This document shows positions 1-9,580 of a stretch of DNA of 64,000 nucleotides, one piece after another. Origin of the DNA: an uncultured Planctomycetales bacterium (lineage in GTDB: Bacteria; Omnitrophota; Gorgyraeia; Zapsychrales; Zapsychraceae); the NCBI GenBank assembly GCA_964630825.1, contig CAZVZR010000002.1, positions 19,648-83,647 on the forward strand, written 5' to 3'. The stretch's first letter is position 1, and each line of letters begins with the position of its first letter. Under the pieces are notes generated by a model, which was not told where the DNA came from, did not search any database, and saw only the letters and a list, made by a program, of their open reading frames with translations. The translations under genes were made by a program, and so were the position numbers.

Positions 1-1
1 C

Positions 2-961
2 GACGACAAAAGTTATCCTTATATCGAGATTACGAAAGAAACATACCCGCGCATTTCTGTCCAGCGCCCGCGGCAAAGAAAAAAGGGATATGTTTATTAC
101 GGCCCTTATGTCGATGCGCAACTTATTCGGGAGGCGTTAAAAATTTTGCGGAAGATTTTTTATTTCCGTACGGATGAGAAATTAAAAGAGCGCGACCGGT
201 TTGATTATCAAATTGGCTTGGTGGATGTTCCCAATGTGGATGCGTTGGACAAAAAGAAATATGCCCAGAATATCCGTAATGTCCGTCTCGTTTTGGAAGG
301 GAAAAAAGATGAATTGTATAAACGATTAAAAGAGGAGATGGAGGCTTTCGTTAAGACCAAAGATTTTGAAGAAGCCGCCAAAGTGCGTGATCAGCTTCGG
401 GCCATCGGCGCGTTGTATTCCGGGACAAAAGATATTAATTACCATAAAGAGGCCGAGCAACTTCAGCGAGCCTTGAGCCTTTCAAAACTTCCAGAGAGAA
501 TAGAAGCGTTTGACATTTCCAATATTATGGGCAATCAGTCTGTCGGCTCGATGGTGTCATTTGTGCAAGGGAAGCCTGATAAAAGTAATTACCGAAGATT
601 TCGCATCAAAGAAACGACCGGGATCGATGACTTTAAAATGATGGCGGAAATCGTCAGGAGGCGTTACCGGCGCATGAAAGATGAAGGTAAATCTTTTCCC
701 GATTTGATTGTTATTGACGGAGGGAAAGGGCAGCTCTCAGCGGCGAATTTTGAATTACAAAAACTTGATGTCGAGATTCCGATTATCTCTTTGGCAAAAA
801 AAGAAGAGGAAATTTTTCTTCTGAAGAAAAAAGAATCCGTCAGGTTGCCCGACGACTCTTTAGGGCTTAATCTGCTTAAACGTATAAGAGATGAGGCCCA
901 TCGTTTTGCTGTGGCTTATCATCGCAAATTGCGTGGTAAAAATATATTTCATAACGGTTAA
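2..961 (+). CDS. uvrC: Excinuclease ABC subunit C (UvrC), 5'-truncated by the window edge. It ends right after the RNase H-like endonuclease domain, with no C-terminal (HhH)2 domain.
   Basis: The frame is open from nt 2 (DDKSYPYIEITKETYPRI...KKGYVYYGPY). UVR-domain motif FEEAAKVRDQLRAI. Endonuclease-domain motifs IEAFDISNIMG and IRDEAHRFAVAYHRKLR, then a stop at 959-961. Confidence 0.85.
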   Translation, partial: DDKSYPYIEITKETYPRISVQRPRQRKKGYVYYGPYVDAQLIREALKILRKIFYFRTDEKLKERDRFDYQIGLVDVPNVDALDKKKYAQNIRNVRLVLEGKKDELYKRLKEEMEAFVKTKDFEEAAKVRDQLRAIGALYSGTKDINYHKEAEQLQRALSLSKLPERIEAFDISNIMGNQSVGSMVSFVQGKPDKSNYRRFRIKETTGIDDFKMMAEIVRRRYRRMKDEGKSFPDLIVIDGGKGQLSAANFELQKLDVEIPIISLAKKEEEIFLLKKKESVRLPDDSLGLNLLKRIRDEAHRFAVAYHRKLRGKNIFHNG

Positions 962-975
962 TCAGGGAGCTAAAA

Positions 976-1290
976 ATGAAAAATCATAAACAAAATAATT
1001 TAACACTTTTCCAATGGAAGGTTCTTCAAGCAGCGATGAAGATTCCTTTGGGCGAAACACGCTCCTACAAATGGGTAGCCCAATCTATTGGTAATCCGAA
1101 AGCTGTCCGCGCGGTCGGGCAGGCATTGCGCAGGAATCCTTACCCTATAGTTATTCCTTGCCATCGGGTGATTAAAGAAGATGGGTCCTACGGTGGCTAT
1201 GCCGGCAAGTACGGTAGAAAGAAAATGTCTCTTATTAATCTGGAGAAAGAAATTGCCGGGAATTTACGCCGGGCAAAACGAGGAAATTAA
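976..1290 (+). CDS. ogt: Methylated-DNA-[protein]-cysteine S-methyltransferase, DNA-binding/active-site domain only (104 aa)
   Basis: PCHRV active-site motif (IVIPCHRVIKEDGSYGGY) in a winged-helix MGMT C-terminal-domain context. Confidence 0.8.
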   Translation: MKNHKQNNLTLFQWKVLQAAMKIPLGETRSYKWVAQSIGNPKAVRAVGQALRRNPYPIVIPCHRVIKEDGSYGGYAGKYGRKKMSLINLEKEIAGNLRRAKRGN

Positions 1291-1368
1291 TCGAAAGGTT
1301 TTCTCTTTTCATTTATTAAGAGAGAATTAAAATAGTATTGTTGGGATGGAAAACTAAGGAGAAAAAAT

Positions 1369-2451
1369 ATGGATTTGAGCCGTCTTTTTAAATTAATGGT
1401 TGAGAAAGAAGCTTCTGATTTATATCTGCGTGCCAAGGCGTATCCGCGGGCACGTATCAATGGAAAAGTCCAAATCATCGCCCCGGAAATAGTGTCCAAG
1501 GAAGAGGTTTCCCATGCCGTCTCCTTTCTTTTAGAGACAGACCAGCGCCGGCAGGCATTTCATCAAAACCTGGATGTTGATTTTATCCATGAAGAGCCTG
1601 GCGTAGGCCGGTTTCGGGTCAATATTTTTATCCAACGCGGGACACCGGTTATCGTCGCCAGGCATGTCCACATGCACGTAAAGACTTTTGAGGAATTAAA
1701 TTTGCCAGTTGAGATTTGCCGAAAATTATGTGAAGAGACAAAAGGGTTGTTTTTAGTTTGTGGTCCGGCCGGGAGCGGAAAATCAACGACGATCGCCAGC
1801 ATGATCGAGTTTATCAATCAAACCAGCGAACAACATGTCATTACCATCGAAGATCCGATAGAATATTTATTTAAGGATAAAAAGAGTTTGGTTAATCAAC
1901 GAGAACTCGGCATCGATGTCCTTACCTATTCGTCGGCCTTAAAACATGTAACCCAGCAAAGCCCGGATATTATTTATATCGGTAATATCCGTGATATTGA
2001 TACCATGCGGGCGGCGATCAACGCCACCGAGCTGGGGACGTTTGTGATGACGACTTTTCATACGATCAATGCTGTTCAGACAATTATCCGTATTGTTAAC
2101 TTTTTTCCGCCTCACTTGCATGACGAAGTGCGGATGCAATTATCGATGATCCTTAAAGGTGTTATATCGCTTAGGCTGTTGGCCCGCAAAGATGGCCGGG
2201 GGCGTATTCCGGCCTGCGAAACAATGATCGTGACGCCCTCCATTGCCCGGTTGATCCGCGAGGGAAAAATCCGTGAGATTCAGAGTTTTATCGATGAGGG
2301 CCAGCTCTACGGGATGCAGTCATTTAAAAAAGCCCTGGTGACATTAGTCAGAAGCGGACTTGTTGATGAAAAAGAAGCCCGCCGCCATGCCGACAGCAAG
2401 GATGATTTTGATTTGGAACTAAAGGGAGTAAAAAGGTTAACGGAGAAATGA
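1369..2451 (+). CDS. pilT: Type IV pilus retraction ATPase PilT (twitching motility)
   Basis: Walker A GPAGSGKSTT. PilT-family N-terminus MDLSRLFKLMVEKEASDLYL. IARLIREGKIREIQSFID motif. AGGAG RBS 8 nt upstream. Confidence 0.85.
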   Translation: MDLSRLFKLMVEKEASDLYLRAKAYPRARINGKVQIIAPEIVSKEEVSHAVSFLLETDQRRQAFHQNLDVDFIHEEPGVGRFRVNIFIQRGTPVIVARHVHMHVKTFEELNLPVEICRKLCEETKGLFLVCGPAGSGKSTTIASMIEFINQTSEQHVITIEDPIEYLFKDKKSLVNQRELGIDVLTYSSALKHVTQQSPDIIYIGNIRDIDTMRAAINATELGTFVMTTFHTINAVQTIIRIVNFFPPHLHDEVRMQLSMILKGVISLRLLARKDGRGRIPACETMIVTPSIARLIREGKIREIQSFIDEGQLYGMQSFKKALVTLVRSGLVDEKEARRHADSKDDFDLELKGVKRLTEK

Positions 2452-2505
2452 AAGTCAGCATTACACGGCAGAAAGGTTGAGCCGTGTGCCTGCGGTTAAA
2501 GCACG

Positions 2506-3519
2506 ATGATTTCTATCATTATTCCCACTTATAATCGTCTTAATTTATTAAAGTCATTACTGGATTCTATAAGAAGGCAATCTTATCAGGATTATGAGGT
2601 TATAGTTGTTGATGATGCCAGCACGGATGGGACATATGAGTATATTCATCACAAATATTCGGAAGTTCATATTTATAGATTTAGAAGAAGGTGCGGGCCC
2701 ACACACGCTAAGAATATAGGAGTTTTGCAAAGCAAAGGTGAATACTTATTATTTCTTGACTCCGATGTTGAGTTTTTGGATAATACCGCTTTAGGTCGTT
2801 ATGTGCAAATTATTCAGAGAGAGAAAGGTTGCGGCCAATTGGGAGGAGAGGGGTTTTATCGAGACGCTAAAAAAGTTTTTGTTTATGGCCGAAAAATGAA
2901 GACGGCTGATCGCATTGATACGGATTATATTGAAACAAATGAAAAGGAAAAACAAAGATATTGTGACTATATTCCAACCTCCAATTGTTTTATTCTTAGG
3001 GAGGCTTTTCTAAAAGTTGGAGGCTTTGACCCGCGGTTTATTTATCCGGGAGAAGATATCGATTTAGGTATCAGGCTTAAAAAAGCCGGATATCAGAATA
3101 TTGTCCATTATGACGTCGGAGTTTTGCATCGTTTCAGTAAGACTTCCAGAATCAGGCGTTCTTTCAGTTTTTATAGGGCCCAAACTATATTTACTATTAA
3201 ATATTTCGGTTTTGGAGGAATTTTGATGAACCCCCTGCGGGACATTTTAGATGAATATATCCCGAGAATCAGGGGGTTCACCCAACGACGGTTTAAGCGC
3301 AGGTTAAATTATTTTTCCCCCGAGAAGACGAAATCGTTGGACATTCCCGGCGAAAAATCATTTTGGGATACGGCAGTGTATATGTTACGGTTGCCTTTTG
3401 ATTTGATATTGGCTTATTTCTGGTGTTTTGGGCATATGGGCACAATTTGCGCCCCACAAGTAAGTCATATAAATCAAAGCCGGGAATATGTTGTTAAACG
3501 AAATGTATTGTTGGATTGA
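2506..3519 (+). CDS. Family 2 glycosyltransferase
   Basis: N-terminus IIIPTYNR...SQSYQDYEVIVVDDASTDGT, then a DxD region (LFLDSDVEF). Confidence 0.8.
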   Translation: MISIIIPTYNRLNLLKSLLDSIRRQSYQDYEVIVVDDASTDGTYEYIHHKYSEVHIYRFRRRCGPTHAKNIGVLQSKGEYLLFLDSDVEFLDNTALGRYVQIIQREKGCGQLGGEGFYRDAKKVFVYGRKMKTADRIDTDYIETNEKEKQRYCDYIPTSNCFILREAFLKVGGFDPRFIYPGEDIDLGIRLKKAGYQNIVHYDVGVLHRFSKTSRIRRSFSFYRAQTIFTIKYFGFGGILMNPLRDILDEYIPRIRGFTQRRFKRRLNYFSPEKTKSLDIPGEKSFWDTAVYMLRLPFDLILAYFWCFGHMGTICAPQVSHINQSREYVVKRNVLLD

Positions 3520-4601
3520 TGGGATTACTTCTAAATTTACATAATAGTCGGGTTGAGCCTATTAGCCGGATGGCTGGGCGGCTAAGAGCCTTTCTGGATG
3601 AGAGGAAATTTTTCCCATCCACGTTAACTTTTTTTGTTACTGATCGATGCAATTTAAGGTGCCAACATTGTTTTTATATTCACGAAGTAGAGAATCCGAC
3701 CCCCAAGGAATTGTCGGTTGAAGAGATTCGAAAGATTCTAAGCGGCCTTAAAAGGTGTTCGCATTACATCATAACCGGTGGAGAGCCTTTTTTAAGAGAA
3801 GATATCCTGCCTATTTGTGAGATGATGCAAGGCAAAGAACACACCTTAAGAATTTGTACAAACGGGTTACTTAATGATCGCATTCAGGCTTTTGCACAGA
3901 GAATCCCCGATCTTTTGTTTAAAGAGGTTAGAATTCAGATATCCTTTGATGGCCCTGAGATGATTCACGATAAAATACGCGGGGTAGGTGCTTTCCGAAA
4001 AGCAAAAAAGACATTGCTCGACATTTTGCCGCTATTAGGCGGAAGAAATAATTTTTATATACAAATTGCTTTAACGTTAAATAAAATGAATCTTAATTAT
4101 TTGGAAGAGTTTTTGGCCGAATTTGTTTATTATCAATTACCGATAAATTTTATTGTGATGCGTGGGAGCGATCACGGCGTTTTTCATTTACCTCCCAATA
4201 TATCTCGCCAACAATTCCCTGCCAATAAAGAACTTTACCTCAATGCGGAAGAGATAGAATCTGCTATAGAACAAATAAAAGTTATCAATGATGCTTCAAA
4301 ATATAATTTTTTTAGTCAAGAGAATTGGGAAGTATTAGCTTGTTCAGCCGGTATTCTGCAAACAGGATACAATCTTTATAAGTGTTTTGCCGGGTCATTG
4401 GATGCTGTTATGTACCCGCAGGGTGAGGTGAGTTTTTGTGAGATAACCAAACCCATCGGAAACATTAGGGATTATGGATATAGTTTCTCCAGACTTTGGT
4501 ATTCTTTTGCAGCTCAAAATCTAAGGCCGTCAATCAAGCAGTGCAGTTGTATACATGGTTGCAATCTGTCCACGGGATTAGCGTTGAAAGTTTACCGTTA
4601 A
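3516..4601 (+). CDS. Radical SAM enzyme with a C-terminal SPASM/twitch-like Cys-rich domain
   Basis: CNLRCQHC (CxxxCxxC) cluster motif and a GGEPFL motif. C-terminal cysteines CSAG...CFAG...FCE...CSCIHGC. ATGA start overlap with the upstream GT2 gene. Confidence 0.8.
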   Translation: MMGLLLNLHNSRVEPISRMAGRLRAFLDERKFFPSTLTFFVTDRCNLRCQHCFYIHEVENPTPKELSVEEIRKILSGLKRCSHYIITGGEPFLREDILPICEMMQGKEHTLRICTNGLLNDRIQAFAQRIPDLLFKEVRIQISFDGPEMIHDKIRGVGAFRKAKKTLLDILPLLGGRNNFYIQIALTLNKMNLNYLEEFLAEFVYYQLPINFIVMRGSDHGVFHLPPNISRQQFPANKELYLNAEEIESAIEQIKVINDASKYNFFSQENWEVLACSAGILQTGYNLYKCFAGSLDAVMYPQGEVSFCEITKPIGNIRDYGYSFSRLWYSFAAQNLRPSIKQCSCIHGCNLSTGLALKVYR

Positions 4602-4624
4602 AATAAGTTGATAAGGGCAAAATT

Positions 4625-5470
4625 TTGAAAGATAACACTAGAGAAATATTCATCATCGAGTCGTTTTTGAAAAGAGTAGTGAATTATTTACGGCTGGTCA
4701 GGTTTTGGGAGTGGCAGGGGAGGTTGCAGATATTCATTGTCTGCGGTTTTTTGTTGTGGGTATTTTCAGGAAGCGATCATTTCCCCACGAAAGAGTTTTT
4801 GGTCCTTATTATTTATCTTCATTTTGCTTATAGTTATGGATACGGCTTAAATTCTTTGGCGGACAGGAGGGCTGATCTAGTTATTAGCAGGGATAACTTT
4901 TGTGATTTTTCTCGTCGTTTTTTAATCAGTACGGTAGTCTTCAATGGTTTTTTCACGATTGTTATAGCATGGTTTCTCCACAATATTTATATTTTTACCC
5001 TAACCATTATCGGTTTGCTGTTAGCGACTTTCTATTCGCTTAAGCCGATATGCTTTAAAGAGAAAGGCATGCTCGCTTTGTTCGTATCTGCATTATCGCA
5101 TTCTTTACCGTTCTTGTTTTTTGTATTTTTATTAAAGAGCCATTATTGGTTGATGGCTTATTTGTTTGGATGGATGATGATACTTGGTTTTTTTCTAGAA
5201 ATATCGCAGCAAATAGGAGATTATTTTAATGACCAATTAACACAAACCAGGACATTTGCCCGGGATAAAGGTGTGGTTTTTACCAAGAAGGTCGTTTATT
5301 TGACGGGAGCTCTGCTTTTGCTTTATCTGGTCCCTCCGGCTTTTGTCGAAGGAGTTTATGGGGCTTTAGTGTCTCTGGTTTTATTAGCTTTTTCCAAAGA
5401 TGCCGTGGATTATGCAATTCAAAGAGTCGGCTTAGTTAACGCCAAATTAAAAGTGATTAATAAGATATGA
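4625..5470 (+). CDS. UbiA-family polyprenyl transferase (integral membrane)
   Basis: About 8 predicted TM helices. Asp-rich motif N-SLAD-RRAD (NxxxDxxxD) in the first cytoplasmic loop. TTG start, so the start is uncertain. Confidence 0.6.
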   Translation: MKDNTREIFIIESFLKRVVNYLRLVRFWEWQGRLQIFIVCGFLLWVFSGSDHFPTKEFLVLIIYLHFAYSYGYGLNSLADRRADLVISRDNFCDFSRRFLISTVVFNGFFTIVIAWFLHNIYIFTLTIIGLLLATFYSLKPICFKEKGMLALFVSALSHSLPFLFFVFLLKSHYWLMAYLFGWMMILGFFLEISQQIGDYFNDQLTQTRTFARDKGVVFTKKVVYLTGALLLLYLVPPAFVEGVYGALVSLVLLAFSKDAVDYAIQRVGLVNAKLKVINKI

Positions 5471-6207
5471 TGACAGTTTACAACTCCCCTAAGATTAGAG
5501 TTTCCTTTATGGCATGCTTATTTGTAGGCGTTGTGTTGGTCCGGTTTTGTTATGCAGATCATGGAAAGAGCTTTCCCCAAGGCGACAATCCGGGGGATTA
5601 CATTGACAGGATGTACCGCGACGATGACACAATCCGTTGGGAGGAATATTTTAGTAACAATATTTTGGAGAAACATATTAGTTACTATGGAAATGGGAAG
5701 AAGGAATCGGATGTTAGTTTTAAAGGAGTAAGGAATCAAGACGGGCCGTTTAAGCGTTATTATGAAAATGGGAATCTGCTCGAGGAAGGTCAAATGAAGG
5801 ATGGTCAGATGGAGGGAACATATCGCCGTTATTATGATAACGGGAAATTGAAATTGGAAATTCCCTACCACAACGGATCGGCCAATGGAACAGTCAATCA
5901 ATATTATTCTAATGGCCAGTTAATGAATTCTTCGACCGTTAATGACGGCATGGTTGTAGACGGCGGAGAGTTTTATAATGAGGATGGTTCTCTCGTCGAT
6001 GGTCATTTTGCTTTATATTATGATGACGGTAGATCATTGCGCTTTGAAGGGGATTTTAAACATGGGAAAGCCGATGGAGAAATTATACAGTACTATTCGG
6101 ATGGGAGTGTGAACCAGAGCGGTGAATATAAAAACGGTAAGCTTGCAAAGAAAATAAAAAAGAGTAAGGAGAAAGATATTCCGGATTTTGGGCGTCCTGA
6201 TAAATAG
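5467..6207 (+). CDS. Secreted MORN-repeat (YwqK-like) protein
   Basis: N-terminal hydrophobic signal-like segment, then tandem YYxNGxL/YYDNGKLK repeats. Confidence 0.7.
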   Translation: MMTVYNSPKIRVSFMACLFVGVVLVRFCYADHGKSFPQGDNPGDYIDRMYRDDDTIRWEEYFSNNILEKHISYYGNGKKESDVSFKGVRNQDGPFKRYYENGNLLEEGQMKDGQMEGTYRRYYDNGKLKLEIPYHNGSANGTVNQYYSNGQLMNSSTVNDGMVVDGGEFYNEDGSLVDGHFALYYDDGRSLRFEGDFKHGKADGEIIQYYSDGSVNQSGEYKNGKLAKKIKKSKEKDIPDFGRPDK

Positions 6208-6213
6208 GAAGAA

Positions 6214-7302
6214 ATGAAGAAACTCGCGGTGTTTCATAATGCCATGGACGCTATTGGGGGCGCGGAAATAGTCGCCTTGACCTTAGCTAGAGAATTAAAG
6301 GCAGAATTTTTTTCCACCAATATAAGTAGAATCAAAGTGGACAGAATGGGGTTTGAGGATATTGATATTCAATCTATAGACACCGTCCCTCTTAATGCCC
6401 CCTTCCGGCAGCAGATGGTTTCCCACCGGTTTCGTAAGTTAGCTTTAAATGGAAAATATAGTTTTTACATTATCGCCGGTGATTGGGCGCTGTCGGCAGC
6501 GGTAAACCATAAGCCCAATTTGTGGTATGTTCACTCTCCGGCCAGAGAATTGTGGGATTTATATGAACATACACGTAAACATACAGTGCCCGGGATAGGC
6601 CGATGGTTTTTTGATATGTGGGTACAATTGAATAGATTCTTGAGCCGACAATACATTCAGAGTGTCGATTGTGTGGCCTGTAATTCTTCCAACACACAAA
6701 AAAGGATTAAAAAATATTTTAACCGGGATGCGGTTGTTATTTATCCTCCTGTCCATACGTCAAGATTTTATTATCGGCAAAATGGCAATTTTTGGCTAAG
6801 CGTTAATCGTTTGGTGAGCCACAAAAGGGTCGAAATGCAAATAGAAGCTTTTCGCAAGTTGCCGCAGGAAAAACTTGTTATCGTGGGAAGCTACGAAGAG
6901 GTAAAATGTTTTAAAAAATACATAAAATATTTAATGCAGATTAAACCGGATAATGTTGAGATTAAAAGTTGGGTGGATGTGGCGCAATTGACCGAACTTT
7001 ATGCCGATTGCAAAGCGTTTATTACGACGGCAAAAGACGAAGATTTTGGGATAACGGTGGTGGAAGCCATGGCTTCGGGAAAGCCGGTGGTGGCCCCCAA
7101 CGAAGGCGGTTATCGCGAGACGATGATTAATGAGGTCACAGGAATGTTGATTGATAATATCGATGTGGATAAACTTGTTCTGGCCATAGAAGAGGTCGGA
7201 AGAAATCCGCAACAATATAAAGAAGCATGTTTAAAGCAAGCCAAGAATTTTGATACTCAGATCTTTATCCAGAAAATAAAAGAGCAAGTACATAACTGCT
7301 AA
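6214..7302 (+). CDS. GT4-family (GT-B fold) glycosyltransferase
   Basis: N-terminus AVFHNAMDAIGGAEIV. C-terminal motif ITTAKDEDFGITVVEAMASGKPVVAPNEGGYRETMINEVTGML (EX7E-type). Confidence 0.8.
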   Translation: MKKLAVFHNAMDAIGGAEIVALTLARELKAEFFSTNISRIKVDRMGFEDIDIQSIDTVPLNAPFRQQMVSHRFRKLALNGKYSFYIIAGDWALSAAVNHKPNLWYVHSPARELWDLYEHTRKHTVPGIGRWFFDMWVQLNRFLSRQYIQSVDCVACNSSNTQKRIKKYFNRDAVVIYPPVHTSRFYYRQNGNFWLSVNRLVSHKRVEMQIEAFRKLPQEKLVIVGSYEEVKCFKKYIKYLMQIKPDNVEIKSWVDVAQLTELYADCKAFITTAKDEDFGITVVEAMASGKPVVAPNEGGYRETMINEVTGMLIDNIDVDKLVLAIEEVGRNPQQYKEACLKQAKNFDTQIFIQKIKEQVHNC

Positions 7303-7803
7303 ATGAAAGTTGCTATTTTACACGATTATTTTGATGAAATCGGCGGAGCAGAGCTCTCTCTTTTGGTAATGGCCCAGGCCCTGAAAGCAACAATTGTGAC
7401 CACTAATTTTAATAAGAAAAAAATCGACGAATTAGGGTTTCAAGATATATCCATTGTGTCCATTGGCAAGATTCCGCAACAGGCTTACGTGAAACAATTA
7501 ATGGCCAGATTGCGATTCTTTTTTTGTAATTTTCGGAATAATTTTGATTTGTTTATTTTTGGCGGTGTCTGCAGTATCTTTGCGGCAAAAATCCATCAAA
7601 ATAATGTATGGTATTGTTTTAGCCCCGAACGCCGGTTATATGACTTACATTCCTGGGAAGGCCTTAGAGATAATACATTTATTTGTGTGTTAAAAAAAGC
7701 CTTTAGTTTCATTGATCAATATTTTGTCAAACATATTCAGAAGACCATAGCCATAAGTGAAACAGTAGCAGAAAGAGTTCAGAAATATTATGGCCACCTA
7801 TAA
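7303..7803 (+). CDS. GT4 N-terminal-domain-only ORF (166 aa), a paralogue of the N-terminal half of the upstream GT4. Possible remnant or pseudogene.
   Basis: MKVAILHDYFDEIGGAELSLLVMAQALKA...ELGFQDISIVSIG aligns with MKKLAVFHNAMDAIGGAEIVALTLARELKA...RMGFEDIDIQSID. There is no sugar-donor-binding C-terminal domain, and the ORF stops 14 nt into the next gene. Confidence 0.5.
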   Translation: MKVAILHDYFDEIGGAELSLLVMAQALKATIVTTNFNKKKIDELGFQDISIVSIGKIPQQAYVKQLMARLRFFFCNFRNNFDLFIFGGVCSIFAAKIHQNNVWYCFSPERRLYDLHSWEGLRDNTFICVLKKAFSFIDQYFVKHIQKTIAISETVAERVQKYYGHL

Positions 7804-8695
7804 CCTTCAAACAGCGTCAATGAGCCCGTTATCTGATTTGGGCCAAAGGGAAAGAATCCGTTTCCCCAATCTTTTTATTGTCGGCTTCCCCCGAAGCGGG
7901 ACGACATCTTTGCATTATTGTCTTAATCAACACAAAGATATTTATATGCCGCCGCAAAAGGAATTATTTTTTTTTGCTCAAGAAATTTTTCAAAGATTAT
8001 GTCCACAGAGCAAGCCAGTATCTCTTGAGGAATACTTGGAACATTTTCATGACAGAAGCCATAAATGGGTGGGAGAGGCAACGGCGTCATATATTTTTTA
8101 TAAACCTTCCCTAGAGCGCATCAAAGATTTTCTTCGAGACTCTGGCGAACCGTCTAAATTTATCATCATGATCCGCAATCCTGCCGAGGCCGTTTATTCT
8201 CTTTATAAATTTGTTTTTATGAAGTATCGAAATTTTATCAATGAAGATTTTCCGACATCCTGGCAAAATAGAGTCCTTAAAAGGAATGTGAACGGAATTG
8301 AAACTGCGGACTTCTATCCTTGGGAAATTTTTAATATTCACCAGCATACCAGGTGTTACATTGACGCATTTGGCAAGGACAGAGTTAAAATCATTCTTTT
8401 CGATGATTTTAAACAATCCCCGGGGCTAGTTTATCAGGACACCTTACGTTTCTTAGGCCTAGAAGAAGACGGCCGTCTCAATTGGAGTATTCAAAACCAA
8501 AGTTTTTCTGGCACTGGTTTCTTAAGGCGAGCTATAAACAAACTTTTAAGTTTTGACAGGCAAAAGTTTTGTGTTTACCCTAACGAATTAAAAACGGAAA
8601 TCGTTTCTTATTATAGTAATGAAATTGATGGGTTAGCCGATTTAATCAAACGTAATTTGACGCATTGGAAGAATATTAAAAATATCAAAACTTGA
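7790..8695 (+). CDS. Sulfotransferase (PAPS-dependent family)
   Basis: 5'-PSB motif FIVGFPRSGTTSL. 3'-PB-like region IIMIRNPAEAVYSLY. Confidence 0.8.
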   Translation: MATYNLQTASMSPLSDLGQRERIRFPNLFIVGFPRSGTTSLHYCLNQHKDIYMPPQKELFFFAQEIFQRLCPQSKPVSLEEYLEHFHDRSHKWVGEATASYIFYKPSLERIKDFLRDSGEPSKFIIMIRNPAEAVYSLYKFVFMKYRNFINEDFPTSWQNRVLKRNVNGIETADFYPWEIFNIHQHTRCYIDAFGKDRVKIILFDDFKQSPGLVYQDTLRFLGLEEDGRLNWSIQNQSFSGTGFLRRAINKLLSFDRQKFCVYPNELKTEIVSYYSNEIDGLADLIKRNLTHWKNIKNIKT

Positions 8696-8701
8696 TTGTC
8701 C

Positions 8702-9580
8702 ATGACCTCTTCGGTTTCCATCGTTATCCCAGTTTACAACGGCGCCAAAACTTTACGGCGATGCTTGAATTCCGTCCTGGATCAAGATTTTACCGATTAC
8801 GAAGTGATTGTTGTTAACAATAACTCGCTTGACGAAACAGAGCACGTTATTAAGGATTTCGCGAGCCAGTTCCCAAAAATCAAATATGTGTTTGAACCTT
8901 ACCGTTCCCGGGGCGCCGCTAGAAACACCGGTATCAGGTCAGCGCAAGGGGAAATCATCGCCATGACGGATTGTGATTGTATCGTGCCAACCCATTGGTT
9001 GAGCGAGCTTATAAAACCTATCGTCAATGAAAATGAGTCGATCGTTATGGGTGGCGAAATAGATTTAGTTGATACGGACTGGACAAGATTAATACAACGG
9101 AAAGACGAAGAGCTTCATGAGCGCAACACCGAAGGGGAGCACATTCATTTTTTAGATACAAAAAATTTTGCTGCGCGCAAAGAAGTTTTTCAGGAATTTA
9201 TGTTTGATCCGCATATAAAAAACCTCGAAGATTTTGAATTTTTATTAAAAATTGAAAAGAAAATAATGGTTCGGTATCTTAAGGAGGTTAAAGTTGGCCA
9301 TTTCCACGCGATTTCTTTAAGAAAATGGTTTAGTTGTAATTTTGACCGAGGCTATTGGGCAAGGAAGATTTATGAAAATCATAAAAGCAAGTTGCATATC
9401 AAGGATATCCCGATATTAAGCGGCATGTCTTTGAGAAGTAGTTTAGCTTTTCCTTTCTGGATAATTATGCAGTTTATGGTTAAGCCTTTTCAAGAGGCAT
9501 GTTTTACATTTGTTTCAGAAATTTCCTGGAGATCGGGTATTCTTACCGCACAATTATATAAATGGGCTCCGCAGAACTAA
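8702..9580 (+). CDS. Family 2 glycosyltransferase, paralogue A of a tandem pair
   Basis: VSIVIPVYNGAKTLRRCLNSVLDQDFTDYEVIVVNNNS. DCDC region. C-terminal amphipathic/membrane segment. ATG at 8702; the track's 8696 start is a TTG. Confidence 0.8.
   Translation: MTSSVSIVIPVYNGAKTLRRCLNSVLDQDFTDYEVIVVNNNSLDETEHVIKDFASQFPKIKYVFEPYRSRGAARNTGIRSAQGEIIAMTDCDCIVPTHWLSELIKPIVNENESIVMGGEIDLVDTDWTRLIQRKDEELHERNTEGEHIHFLDTKNFAARKEVFQEFMFDPHIKNLEDFEFLLKIEKKIMVRYLKEVKVGHFHAISLRKWFSCNFDRGYWARKIYENHKSKLHIKDIPILSGMSLRSSLAFPFWIIMQFMVKPFQEACFTFVSEISWRSGILTAQLYKWAPQN

Noticed and set aside
5467-6207. Calling the MORN-repeat protein a 'YwqK antitoxin' of a toxin-antitoxin system
   Set aside because: No toxin partner is present. 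The protein is secreted or signal-anchored and sits in a glycan locus. The 'antitoxin' label sometimes attached to YwqK-like MORN-repeat proteins is not supported here.
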